A DNA stretch of 64,000 nt from Malacoraja senta (lineage: Eukaryota): NCBI GenBank assembly GCA_038087875.1, contig CM075992.1:5952001-6016000 (forward strand), given 5' to 3'. Positions 50,224-62,192 of this stretch are shown in pieces (within the stretch, counting starts at the first letter, position 1; each line of letters starts with the position of its first letter). Made by a program: the position numbers and the translations under genes. The notes below the pieces were generated by a model, which made no database searches, was not told the origin of the DNA, and was given only the letters and a program-made list of their open reading frames with translations.

Positions 50224-50261
<38 letters not shown>
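50224..50261 (+). repeat. (AC)19 microsatellite
   Basis: Perfect dinucleotide run. Confidence 0.97.
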
Positions 50262-50264
<3 letters not shown>

Positions 50265-50295
50265 GATCGGAAATCTGCAGCTCAGAAGCCACTCT

Positions 50296-50485
50296 AGGGC
50301 GGCACATTGCCGCAGCTGGTAGAGCTGCTGCCTCACAATGCCAGAGACTTGGGTTCGGTCCTGACCTCAGGTGCTGTCTATGTGGAGTTTGCACATTCTC
50401 CACATGACCACGTGGGTTTCCTCTGGGTGCTCTCGTTTCCTCCCACATCCCAATGACATGTGGGTTTACAGGTTATTTGGCCCTT
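50296..50485 (+). mobile_element. V-SINE 5' fragment
   Basis: ggtagagctgctgcctcaca...gggttcggtcctgacctcaggtgctgtctatgtggagtttgcacattctcc. Confidence 0.8.
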
Positions 50486-52521
50486 ATAAGCTTATATAGG
50501 GAGATTGGACAATATACAAGGGAAAAGGGAGAAAGTTATGGTGATAAATTCAAATGAGAAATGAGGTCTAGTGGAGCACAAATCTCAGCATTGACTAATT
50601 GGAGCCAATTGGCCCATTTCTGTCGCATATGGCGTGCATATGTACATTTTAAAAAAATCAAGAAATAAGCAATAACAGGCCATCCAATCCCTTAAGTTAC
50701 TCCACAACTCAATAAGATCATGGTTGAACTTTACCATCCTACTGGTTCCATTACACCCAACTCCCATGCTGACCAGGACTCTCTGCAAACCTTGGACACA
50801 ACTCATGATGCAGCTTCCATAGCCGTGAGCTAGAGAAAATCCCTCCCTATTGCCATATTAGACAAACAACCCTATATTCTGAAATTATACCCTTTAGCTT
50901 TACATTCCAGTACAAAGACATCTGTAATAGGAATAAATCGTCACTTACCTTTCCTAATGGTGATCAAAACATTGTAGGAGGATATTTAGACCCTGGAGCC
51001 TGCTCTGCCATTCAATGTTCCCCAATTTATCTATAGGCTCAATGAAATATCCTCAAAAAACATTACAGAACCTTACAAATTCCAGGAAATATACCCTTGT
51101 TTGCGTTGTTCTCCATAAAGTCCAAGGATATCTCTGGTAAATCTACTCCCCCCAAGCTTTCCAGAAAATATAGCACTTAGTTCTCACATTAGCATAGGTG
51201 CTAGGCTAACCAAGACTTCATATACATGTGACATAACCTCCATCCATCGGTTTATCTTCTTAAAGAGAGGCATTTGTTTAGCCTTTTGACTTTCTTTAGC
51301 TATTCAGAACATTATTGAGTTGCATCTACGAATCCTCTAGTTTCTTCAGAACTCTAACTTCTGGCTTTTCACATAAAGAAATAGAACTTCAAGGCGGATA
51401 ACCTAATTTATTCACAGTGACCTTAATGTGCCAAAGTTTTGCCCATTTAATTTATTTATATCTAATGCAATGCTTTCAAGAACACTACCTCCTACACGCA
51501 GCCTACTTTGAGATGTGATGTTCTATCCAGAAATAAATTATTTATAGAAAATTATCACCAATAGAGATTGTAGAACATACGTAGTCACATGCTTCAAATT
51601 TGAGAGGTGACATCACTTCTACTCACTTAGATTTTAGTTTTAGAGATATGGTTATCTGCATTTGAAGTCTTGCATTCAGTTAGCTCATTATCATTCCTAT
51701 CCATTCCCCTCTTAGGCTTTACCAAGCTGTCGTCCACAGTTCAAGCAGAAATGCATCTGAGGAAATGTGGAAGCATAGACACTAGACGGCCCAAGGAACA
51801 GATTGCAAATCAATTTACAAAATCATGCTAAAGGAGCAAACTCGTTGTTGTCTCCTGACCTCAATTAGGAAACAGAATAAAGATTGTATGGAAGTTATTG
51901 GTGCAACATGTTATATAGGTCAAGGACTATTTCAGCTTCCATGAAAATTATAACATCAAAGAAATGTCAGAAATCTGTAAAGTGCTATGGCTTTTATACA
52001 AAGCTCTTTCATCTAATGAATTTGGAAGCGGATCCATTAACTATTTTTCATTTACAATGATGCAAGATGTATCCTTGAAATGTATCTGTAATGAAGCCTG
52101 GGTAGGAAAGAGACGTAGTATTTTTTTTTAACTGAAGTAATTAAACATACTGCTCTATGTTATTGAAAAGTCCAGATATGTGAACAAAGCCCAGAGTATA
52201 AAATATCTTCATAGTGTAGCAACAAGAGAAAAAACATCAAGAATTCTGAGGGCTTTTAAATTTCATAAGGGGCTAAAGGAAGACTATTGGCAATAACATC
52301 TTGACATTTTGGAAAAGAACCAGCAATGTGCAATGGATTCTGATTTCAAGAGTGAAATCAAAATTTCCTGTTGGCATTTCTATTCGTCCGTATACACAAA
52401 AGTACAATCATGCATTTAAACTTCTGTGACACCCAACTTCTCCACCCCAATTTGACTAAATAGTAACTGATTTGTCTGATGACTCATTAAGTGAATTCAA
52501 TTTAGCTAACTCAATTTTGTA

Positions 52522-52721
52522 NNNNNNNNNNNNNNNNNNNNNNNNNNNNNNNNNNNNNNNNNNNNNNNNNNNNNNNNNNNNNNNNNNNNNNNNNNNNNNN
52601 NNNNNNNNNNNNNNNNNNNNNNNNNNNNNNNNNNNNNNNNNNNNNNNNNNNNNNNNNNNNNNNNNNNNNNNNNNNNNNNNNNNNNNNNNNNNNNNNNNNN
52701 NNNNNNNNNNNNNNNNNNNNN
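52522..52721. other. Assembly gap (200 N)
   Basis: Run of exactly 200 N inside a WIZ intron. Confidence 0.99.
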
Positions 52722-52760
52722 ATCAGATCACTTTAATGCCCAATAGTGACCATAACTTAC

Positions 52761-53273
52761 TGAGGTTTAAAGGTGTATTGTCATCTTGAGGAGACCAAAA
52801 TAGTTTCTTTGACAGTAGTTCTCCTGATGTCTGAGGAGTGTTCATCAATGATCTACCAGCTTTCCCTTGCTCTGGAGATTTACTGGACACTGGCTTTGGT
52901 AAAATGGGGTGCACTTTCTTGAGTGTTGAAGTCTGAGACTGACCCTTGGGTGGGCTGTTCATGCCCAACTTTGGCGATTTAGCTGTTGGTGTTGTTTCAC
53001 CTTGACACTCCTCCCCGAGTGGTTTGCCAAGAGCCTCTTGTTTTAAACCAGACATGTCCTTTGGTGCATAGCTTTGTGGTTTATCATTAGCCAAAGCTGA
53101 GGGTAAAACATTAGGTATCTCTTTTCTTTTCATCAGTTCATACAATGTACCAATGGGGGCACCACTGCTTTCTGAATCCGGTACTCCAAACTGCCTCAGG
53201 TGGAAGCGTGCGTGACTCGACAATCCTTTACGAGTTTCAAAGCAGGTGCCACATAACTGACAGGAATTCAGCA
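52761..53273 (-). CDS. WIZ: WIZ zinc-finger exon (CQLCGTCFETRKGLSSHARFH...SESSGAPI...WSPQDDNTPLNL)
   Basis: 513 nt, phase 1-1, GTAAGT donor. SESSGAPI.LYEL matches the first finger of short WIZ. Confidence 0.95.
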
Positions 53274-54023
53274 CTAAAGCAAAACAAAACAAACACAGTC
53301 AATCCAGACAAAAATTGAAAATTTTGATAAATTCAAATAGTTCTTAACAGTTAAAATGTTGTACTTGTAGAGCCATGATCCTAAAATGTCCAAGCGTGAA
53401 TATAAATAACTTATATTACCTTTCCTAATATGCTGCAAAGTGGAACAAGTCACTCCATAAGAAGGTGACAAACATGTTGGTTATGTACGCTATGGTGACA
53501 GGGGTAGCAATAGATTACCTCGATAGAATAAAACTAAAAAGATAAAGAACTTCCTTCTTGCTATAACTAATTGTAAGACATCTCCGGAATGGTGTCTTCT
53601 TCTATTTCATGCCTAAAGGCACCAAAGAGAGGTCAGATAAAAGCCCTTGCAGCATATCCATTCAGAAATACAAAGACAGCACGTAAATTTGCCATGAATT
53701 GGTTTTCTTTTCAAAGCCTTCATCTTCTTACTAAAAGGATTTGAAGAACATTGTTCCTTTACATTGTCTCCTCAGATAAACCCAAATAATCCCTCTCAAT
53801 TGCTGATCCAGATGATTAAACGCTCCCTTTCTCCACGCATTCTTTGACTGGCTGTTATTTTCACAAGTCGTCATCACATCACCTCCCTTGCTCTATTACT
53901 CTTTTTATCTCTATACTCTGCCTTCCAATTAGGACAATCCAAACTACTCTTGTTATATTTCTTATTAATAACAAAGATGTAGATTTAAAACTTTCCATCA
54001 AAATGTTATGGAACTAATTTCTC

Positions 54024-54480
54024 AGAGAGGTAGCAGCTTCAAGTACCCGCGCGTTAATATCTCAGACGACCTGCCATAGCCTCAGCACATAGATGTAATC
54101 GCAGCGAAGGCGTGCCAGCACCTCCACCTATTAGATGTTTAAAGAAATTTGGCATATCACCGAATACTGTAACAAACTTCTATAGACACACTATAAAAAC
54201 GTATTCTGACTGTTTGCATCATGCCTAATATGGTATTTCTAATGCAGAAGAACACAAGAAGCTGCTGAGACTGATGTTTTTTTGCCCAGCTTATCGCTAT
54301 CATGAGCATCTATGAGGAACTGCCTCAAGTAGGTGCTATCTATCTTCAAAGATCTCCGCCATCCGGGCCATACCCAGTTCTTGTTGCTACCGATGGGAAA
54401 TGAGGTACAGAAGTATAAGTCCCATACCACCAGGTTCAGGAACAGCTACTTTCCTACAAGCATCAGATTCTTGAACGGAC
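54024..54480 (+). mobile_element. Decayed Rex/Babar- or L2-type LINE RT C-terminal fragment
   Basis: Broken frame resembling ERVSSFKFLGVNISDDL..QHIDVIA.KA.Q.LH...LKKFG.SP...TNFYR.TI..ILT.CI..YG. Confidence 0.65.
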
Positions 54481-55428
54481 TCATATAACCTTAATCCTAC
54501 CTCGGCACAGAACATTATGAACCATTTCTTTCTCCACCATGGATTTTCATTCTAATTGTGTTTTGCATTAATGAATAGTTTTTTTTTTAATACAGTATTT
54601 TTCTTTTCAGTCTTGTATAATTTATCTTTTTGTGCATTGTCTGCATTGATGGTGGTGATGCAGCTACAAATGAAATGTTCACTTTACCTGTACCTCACTG
54701 TACAATGTAACAATAAACTTGACTTGAAGTAGACAGTACTGGAAATCACCAGCTGATTGACCTGATGAGCATCTGCAGTAGCTCGGATTTCCAGCAACTA
54801 CCATTTTTATACAAGTTTCACCTGCACATTTTATCCCTACATATACAATCTTCCTTCCAAGTTTGCATCCTTTCAGTAAATACATGATAGTATGACTGAT
54901 CAGTGATCAAATTTCAAACTCTATTGGCTCTTTCTGCATGTTGAACAAAAAAAAGTGACATTGTTATTACAGCATAGTTTTTAACCATTCCTTATATGGC
55001 AATCAGGGTATTTCCTAAAATCTTAAGTTATTCTTTCTCATTTCTGGAAAAGATATGCTTTGCAATATCACTTCTCAATAAATAGAGCTTTTATGCTCTG
55101 TGATACGTGTCGAATGTGAGTTGCCTGAGCAACCTACTTTTATCAACATTTAGTCTCATCAGTGGATTCAGGAATGTTTTTTGAAACTGCCATTTAATTA
55201 AAACACTGTTTCATCCTTCCAAAGACATCTAAAAATACATCACAGTAGCACATATTTTTAGCGTGGGCTGATAATGTGCTGCTTTTTGATTGAAATGTCA
55301 AAACCTGTTCCTGTCCATTCTCGGTAGGGTGTAAAAGATTCCTTCGTACTATTTTGAAGGGGAAGAAGAGAATTATTTCTGGTGGCCTGGTCAGTCCTGG
55401 AGTCGCAATCGACATCACTAATATAACT

Positions 55429-55598
55429 GGAGGTAGACAAAAATGCTGGAGAAACTCAGCGGGTGAGGCAGCATCCATGGAGCGAAGGAAATAGGCGACG
55501 TTTCGGTTCGAGACCCTTCTTCAGACTCACTAAAATAACTGTCCAGTCTATAATATATGCCTGTCCCGCTGAGTTACTCCAGCATTTTGTGTCTACCT
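55429..55598. mobile_element. Penelope-derived inverted element inserted in a DeuSINE-like remnant
   Basis: Family arms in inverted orientation. tcactaa(t/a)ataact occurs three times: left flank, middle and right flank. Confidence 0.75.
55497..55524 (-). ncRNA. Minimal hammerhead ribozyme-like motif, sense to the WIZ pre-mRNA
   Basis: The reverse complement reads CTGAAGA-A-GGGTCTCGAACC-GAAAC-GTC. Core intact, one mismatch in stem II. Confidence 0.55.
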
Positions 55599-57380
55599 TC
55601 ACTAAAATAACTTATCTGGTCATAATCATACTGTTATTTAGCAGAGGAATATTGTGTACAAATTGGTTACCATAGATGCTTTAATACAATAGTGACCAAA
55701 ATATTTTATTGGACCAGAGATGTTTTGAAATGGACACAAAGGGGAATGTGGATATATATATATAGTATTGTGCTTATGACCATCTCGATTCCATTTTTAT
55801 GGGGAGGCACATGGGCGGTGAAAGAACCCGGGGGGAATATAAATGCTGGTCATCTGAAGAAGGGTCTCGACACGAAGTGTTACCCATTCCTTCTCTTCAG
55901 AGATGCTGCCTGTCCCGCTGAGTTACTCCCGCCTTTTGTCACTATCTTTGGTCATTTAAATACGTCCATCTTCAAGCTTGTTTTGGCAAAAATACCGAAT
56001 ACAAGCTGACGTGATGGGAGATCCAAATCCATCGTAACATCCATCTGCATTTGTCTTCAGATTAGGTATGGCAATGAACAACAAGCTAAGAAAATTAAAT
56101 CCTGGGTAGGAATACAATCATTAACTCACTTACATGACTAACAGTTAGTTTAGTGAAGCTGTAAGATTTCCACTATCTTCCCCTGAAGTGGCATTAATGA
56201 TTACATTGACAACCTCAAGTTGCTGCATATTCTGCTTCACAAGAACCATAACATTCAATGTCACCCCTGCAACTAGTTAAGCACAGGAGGCTTTCTCCCT
56301 ATGGTTATTTATAGAATGCGAACAACATTCTTGTTGTGCTGTACTTATCTACACAATGATTGCATGTGCACAGCATCAAAAGAGATTAGATTTATCTTAA
56401 TAAGTAACCTAACAGTAAAGCATACTGTCTAAAAGACAAATGGTATTTTAGACAATTGACACTTTCAACACTAAATGCATTTTCACTTTCATGTGACAAT
56501 GAGCAAGTAATAAAGGTAACGTTCACATTCCAATTTAAACCCTGATGCGATGTTAACAATATTTCTGCTAAATGCTGCCAAATATCTCCGATTTATTCCT
56601 CTACACAGTTCAGCTGCAAAGGCCATATTCCTCCCGTTGAGGATAATGACCTCATTCAAAATGTCCAAAACACAGCACTATAGATTTTTAAAAACAAAAA
56701 TAAAAATGTGCAGAAGAAATGGTAGAAAGGCTTTTCAACAGTTCTTACATCTATGTATTTCTAAACCGATCCAGATAAGTGATACTAGTGTCTAAAAATC
56801 AAACACTCTTTGGGACAAGTATCATATTCAGCATCCATAGATGACATGCAGCAAGGCAAAATCCACCACATTCCTCCAGTCTCCAACAATAGGCCTCATC
56901 TTCAATCACAAAACCACTGCCTCTTCATTTTCCATTTCCTACACAAGCCATGTTCCAAATGCAAATGCCGTATACATTTATGACCACACACTGCAAACTG
57001 ATTTTGAACAGGGTCAATGCAAGCAACAGACAGATTTCATTCCATAACCTTGGGCTACAATTCAGTAAAGATCTCAAAGAAAACAAATCTTAAATTACTG
57101 TTTCCAAATTGAAAGTAAAATCTAAACATTAGAACAATATAAGATGGAGACTATTTGATCTCATCAATGGCATTCCCGATGCACATGGCACTGATGGAAC
57201 AAGTAAACAATCAAGCACCATGCAGTAAGATGGTAACCTCCTCCACAAACTAATATAACATACAAATTAAATGCATTCCAGGCATCTTTCCATTGATTTT
57301 CATTATTATCAAGTATTTTACTGGGTTTAGGACTATTCTTGGCATCTCTTCACTGATCAAGACAACTGCGGTAAACTTAC

Positions 57381-57578
57381 ATTTGTTCGACTGTAGTGAA
57401 TCCTCCCCTTGACTGACCAAGGAAATTTTGGAAAGACACTGCTTGGGATGCGAGTTATCGTCCAACGCCCCCAGAAATCCATTTTTCTCTTGCAATTCGG
57501 TTTCTCCAGAACTATGCCCAGACGGCAAGTCCAGCACCAGAGCAGACATTTCATCATCGTCCGGATCTATTATCACCA
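57381..57578 (-). CDS. WIZ: WIZ exon upstream of the finger array; the 5' part of the gene lies beyond the window
   Basis: tttctgttttcAG acceptor and GTAAGT donor, 198 nt, phase 1-1. Encodes VIIDPDDDEMSALVLDLPSGHSSGETELQEKNGFLGALDD...LQSNK, in frame with the next exon. Confidence 0.8.
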
Positions 57579-59341
57579 CTGAAAACAGAAATTATATCGA
57601 GTTATTTCAATCGTTAAGATCCGCAAAGATCAAAGATCTTTTGGTAGGCCCAGTGTACAAAAAGTAAGAATTGGAAAAGACTAAAATGAGGGTACAAGGT
57701 CACTTGGAATTCCCCGTGCTCAAGACTAGTTTTGCTGGCAGTACATTTCCAGATCACTGTCACTCAAATTGTAATGATTGAGGTATCTGGATTGAGGTGT
57801 ATTGAGTGATTTAGTCTGTGACAACACTGCCTGTATTATGCTTGCAATATATTCACATTTAACGCCATGCACTGGTAACTGGACAGCAATTATGAACTAA
57901 AACTGTTAATTCCTCTATTCCTTCAACCTACATACCTAATGGAAGACTCCCCAAAAATACAGATAAATCAATCAATTCAGCTCAAATCAATAAATTCAAA
58001 GAACTTCTTGTGTGGTTTGTACTACAAGTGATATGCTTCAGTCACAAGGTTAAAGGGAAGAGTTATAGATATTAAAGTTTTAAACATACAATTAACATTT
58101 ACAATTATTTGAGTTTATCAACTGAAGCAATTTATTGGGGCTACATTCTTATTTTACAATGGTCTGTTAGCTCGGCAACTATGAACATTGAAAATTTAGG
58201 GAGTTACAGACATGGGAAGAAGGACTGAGAGGGGGAGAAACATCTTCCTCAAGAGTGATGTACCATCTTTGGGAATCTTTACCGTGCAAAACTCTGGATA
58301 CACTGGTTGTTGAATAAGCTCCTCACTGAGATGTTGGATACTGAAAGTATCAAGAGCTAAAAGTAGTCTGGGCAGATGGATTCTGGGGTTGTGGGCCAAG
58401 TACAAAATTGTTAATTGAAAAGAAACATCCAGTTTACCTGTGGCAAACTGTTACATTAATACGGTAAACAGAAATTGAAAAATATCACTACAGAACATGC
58501 CAATTTTTCCTCCAGGTATTTACGAGATTCACCACCTTAACTCTCGCTCCATTGGAGAGGAACTGTACAGCTAACACAAGTTGTGTGACTAACCTTCTGA
58601 GGGTTAAGCATGTCTGTGCTATCTGATTACTCCAGTGTTAGATTCAGCCATATGTTCAAAACTCCCCACAGACGGCTGATATTTTTGTTAAGCACTACAA
58701 AATGAATCCAAGCTGTCCAAATTGGCCAGCATGCGGAAATAAACTAGAATTGGCTGTCATCAACTGGTTTCTGCACCCGTGTTTGTTTAGTCATGCAATT
58801 CTGTGTGGTGGTGAAGCTCCTGTGCCAACATAAAAGGCTTGAACTCAATCAACAAATGCCAGGAAAACCCTGACAGTAGCATTAATTTCATTGGGATTGA
58901 CAGGGAATTGCACCATCCACACATTCATTAGAAGAATGTTATTTATATTCCTAGAAGTGAAAATGACTCAAATTGGATTTCTGACATTTTCCATTTTTAT
59001 TAAAAATTCTGAACATTAAGACCCTAAAATTATCTTACACAATTTCTCATGACTATATTCTGTGACTGTAAATCACATTTCTAATCCTACAGATTGTCAA
59101 ACAGTATTCAACAATTTCACTCTTGGCCATTGTTTTCGAGCAGAAGAGGGATAGTGTGCCTCAAGCATTCACCTTAAAAACAACAACCAATATTCCTGTA
59201 AATCATAGTCTATGTTGCTGAATTATTGTGCTTTGCATGTAGCTCATAAGGTCTAAAATTGCTAGAAAGAGCATTAAATCTGACAAGAAAATACGATTTA
59301 ATTGTGCAGCCTCGCCGTTTGCAACAATTTGATCTGCAGCT

Positions 59342-59629
59342 TTTAGTTTAGTTTATTAGTTTAGTTTGCGAGTCTGCACTGACCAGCGATCTTCGCACAT
59401 TAACACTACACGTATTCAGGGCAATTTAACATTTTTATACCAAGCCAATTAACCTACAAACCTGTATGTCTTTGGCGTGTGGGAGGAAACTGAAGATCTC
59501 TGAGAAAACCCACGCAGGTCACAGGGAGAACGTATAAACTCCATACAGACAAGCACCATAGCCAGGATCGAACCTGGGTCCCTGGCGCTGTACGGCAGTA
59601 GTTCTATTGCTACGCCACCATGCCGCCCA
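59342..59629 (-). mobile_element. V-SINE (HE1-type)
   Basis: Same family, with a (tttag)n tail at the left end. Confidence 0.85.
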
Positions 59630-60739
59630 GCACCTCATGCTCATTATGCCACAAATTCTTCAATAAATTGTACAGAGATAACAAAGCTAGAAAGTATGCT
59701 AATATGTAACCAGCAAGGTCAAAAGTAAGACTTTTAGTATCACTGAACAATGTAAAAATCAAATACCTTTATCACTCTTCATAGCTCCCAACTGTTTCCT
59801 TAAATCATAAATGCAATGCAAAATATGTTTTCTACTTAAGACCACTGATTAGTACATTAGTTGTACATTGTATACAAGTCCCGAAATTGGTTGTACATTT
59901 TACACGCACATTGATGGAGGTTTCCACGCCCGGGGAGTTTTGCAGCGTAATTCCCATTCATTAAAATTCATTTAAGGATGACAATTGTCCTTAACCCGAA
60001 CAAAGATTTTTTCAAGCATTCCCTCGCATTCTGTTTAAGGTAGTTCCTGAAACCATCATATCATTCCCCTTCACCCTAGATGTGGTGCAACAAGCTGCCT
60101 GGTCCATCACCACTACTGGAATTGTGTTATCATTTTACTGTAAGCCCTGCTGTAGTTACATATCATCAATCTTTCAGTTTTTGTGCAACTCTGTGTTTAC
60201 AGAGGATTATTAGTGCATAAATACAAAAGTTAAAAGAAACCCGATTAAAAAATTGATCATAAATGCTCTCCGCCTTCCTTTGCATTAAGCACTGTGCTCT
60301 TACGAATTACAGCAATTGACCATTAAACCGCACAAATAATCCCATAAAACTCAGTGCCAGGTCAAAAGCTATTTTCGGGGAAACTCCAGCATTTTTGTCT
60401 ATCTTTGATTTTCAAGCATCTGCAGTTCCTTCTTGAACAAAAGCAATTTCCTCTATGACAGGTGGCACAAATATTTTGCCCTTAAATATTAACTGAATGT
60501 TATTCAACTAAAATTCAGAAATGTAATTTTACAAATGTAGCCATGGTCCAAAAAAATGATTGCCTCTTCATATTTCAATGAAAACCATCATGGCACTATC
60601 TGACCCAAAACAGCTTAAGAAAAATTTAGCAGAACAGCTGAATATACTGCTGGTATTCTAGCTAGAAATGTTACTGAATCAATTGCTGAAAAATGTGCAA
60701 TATTCACTTCACTAAAAGTAACGTCCAAATATAATTTGA

Positions 60740-61053
60740 ATTTAGTATAGTGTAGTTTAGAGATACAGGGTGGAAACAGGCACTTTGGCCCACCGAGTCC
60801 ATGCAGATCAGCAATCCTGCACATTAACACTACCCTACACACTAAGGAAATTTTTTACAATTATTCCAAGCCAATTAACCTACAAACTTGTATGTCTTTG
60901 TAGTGTGGGAGGAAAACGGAGATCCCAGAGAAAATCCACGCAGGCCACAGGAGAACGTACAAACTCCGTGCAGACAGCACCGATAGTCAGGATCGATCCC
61001 AGGTTTCTGGTGCTGTAAGGAAACAACTCTACCGCTATTCCACCATGCCACCC
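60740..61053 (-). mobile_element. V-SINE (HE1-type)
   Basis: Reverse-complement match to 48608-48900 over its length. Confidence 0.85.
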
Positions 61054-61341
61054 CATTTTTGAGTGATAAAAAAACTGAATGGCTCTTTGCTCTACATTGC
61101 ACTCTGAGTGACCTACAAAAAAAATAGCATTTCCTCTCTGACTCAGAGTGCAATTTAAAGGGACATTTCTGTAACAAGCCGCAATACAGTTTTGCGAATG
61201 AGACAAAAATCTAACACATCTTGAAGAACTGGCTTGAGGATAACTTCCTCAAGCCAGTTCTGAATCCTGAATTGGTCTGATTAAAATAACTTTCTGTATA
61301 TCCACCTTTAAAGGGAACAGGACAAAACAAATGTTGAAGTT

Positions 61342-61720
61342 AGGTAGACACAAAAAAGCTGGAGTAACTCAGCATCTCTGGAGAGAAAGAACAGAGATGC
61401 TGCCTGCCCCGCTGAGTTACTCCAGCATTTTGTGTCTACCTTCGATTTAAACCAGCATCTGGATGCTGGTTAATAAACCGAAGATAGACAAAGATCTGAA
61501 GTAGACACAAAATGCTGGAGTAACTCAGCGGATCAGGCAGCATCTCTGGAGAGAAGGAATGTTTCGGGTCGAGACCCTTCTTCAGCCCGAAAGTCAGGGG
61601 AAAAGGAAACGAAAGATGTCTGAAGACAGGTCGACCCAAAACACTACCTATTCCTATTCCTTTTCTCCAGAGATGAGGCCTGACCCGCTGAGATACTTCA
61701 GCCTTTTCTGTCTATCTTCT
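61342..61720. mobile_element. Cluster of Penelope-derived palindromic fragments
   Basis: Several gctggagtaactcagc / gctgagttactccagc arms. Hammerhead-like cores at 61558-61585 (-) and 61620-61645 (+, decayed). Other short family copies lie near 6300-6430, 22065-22155, 23045-23130, 37020-37150, 50070-50145, 55853-55950, 60380-60435 and 63373-63433. Confidence 0.75.
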
Positions 61721-61869
61721 GTGTATGCTGTTGGATAGTTAATAGCTTGTAAAAACTATATAGCCCAGCAACATATGAATGGACATATGAAACTGAAAGT
61801 TATGTGTATTAAATGTTGATGCCATTTGGCTGGCAATGTAATAAACTTGGTAACAGAACACTATAAAAA

Positions 61870-62192
61870 TGGACCTTTCTGTCCTGGGCCTCCTCCATGG
61901 CCAGAGTGAGTCCCACCGCAAATTGGAGGAGCAGCACCTCATATTTCCCTTGGGTAGTTTACACCCCAGCGGTATGAACATTGACTTCTCCAATTTCAGG
62001 TAGTCCTTGCTTTCTCCCTCCTACCCCTCCCTATCCCAGCTCTCCCACAGCCTACTGTCTCCACCTCTTCCTTTCTTCTTCCCACCCCCCCCCTCCACAT
62101 CAGTCTGAAGAAGGGTCTCGACCCGAAACGTCACCTATTCCTTCGCTCCATAGATGCTGTCTCACCCGCTGAGTTTCTCCAGCATTTTTGTC
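61870..62192 (+). mobile_element. Penelope-like 3' fragment: end of endonuclease domain, pyrimidine tract, hammerhead motif
   Basis: DLSVLGLLHGQSESHRKLEEQHLIFPLGSLHPSGMNIDFSNFR* is followed by a C/T-rich tract and CTGAAGA...GAAACGTC. Homologous to 44030-44150 on the opposite strand. Confidence 0.85.
62105..62132 (+). ncRNA. Minimal type-I hammerhead ribozyme-like motif (Penelope-associated)
   Basis: CTGAAGA-A-GGGT(CTCG)ACCC-GAAAC-GTC gives the CUGANGA box, stem II, GAAA box, palindromic ACGU stem III and a GUC triplet. Stem I is only about 2 bp. Confidence 0.65.

Larger units (their letters stand above)
55250..55735 (+). mobile_element. DeuSINE/SacSINE1-like ancient SINE remnant (split by a Penelope insertion)
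   Basis: aaaagattcc...actattttgaagggg...catcactaa...ttatctggtcataatcatactgtt...tgtgtacaaattggttacc resembles the Deu domain as I recall it. A similar remnant lies at about 45390-45725. Confidence 0.45.

Noticed and set aside
19200-57578. Calling the minus-strand gene ZNF644 and the plus-strand gene ZNF326
   Set aside because: GPLSIQEEWVRHLQRHIL, SLVKFIGNIYTLKC and the repeated ENRKGLSSHARSH fingers are WIZ-type. The plus-strand motifs are AKAP8/AKAP8L-type.
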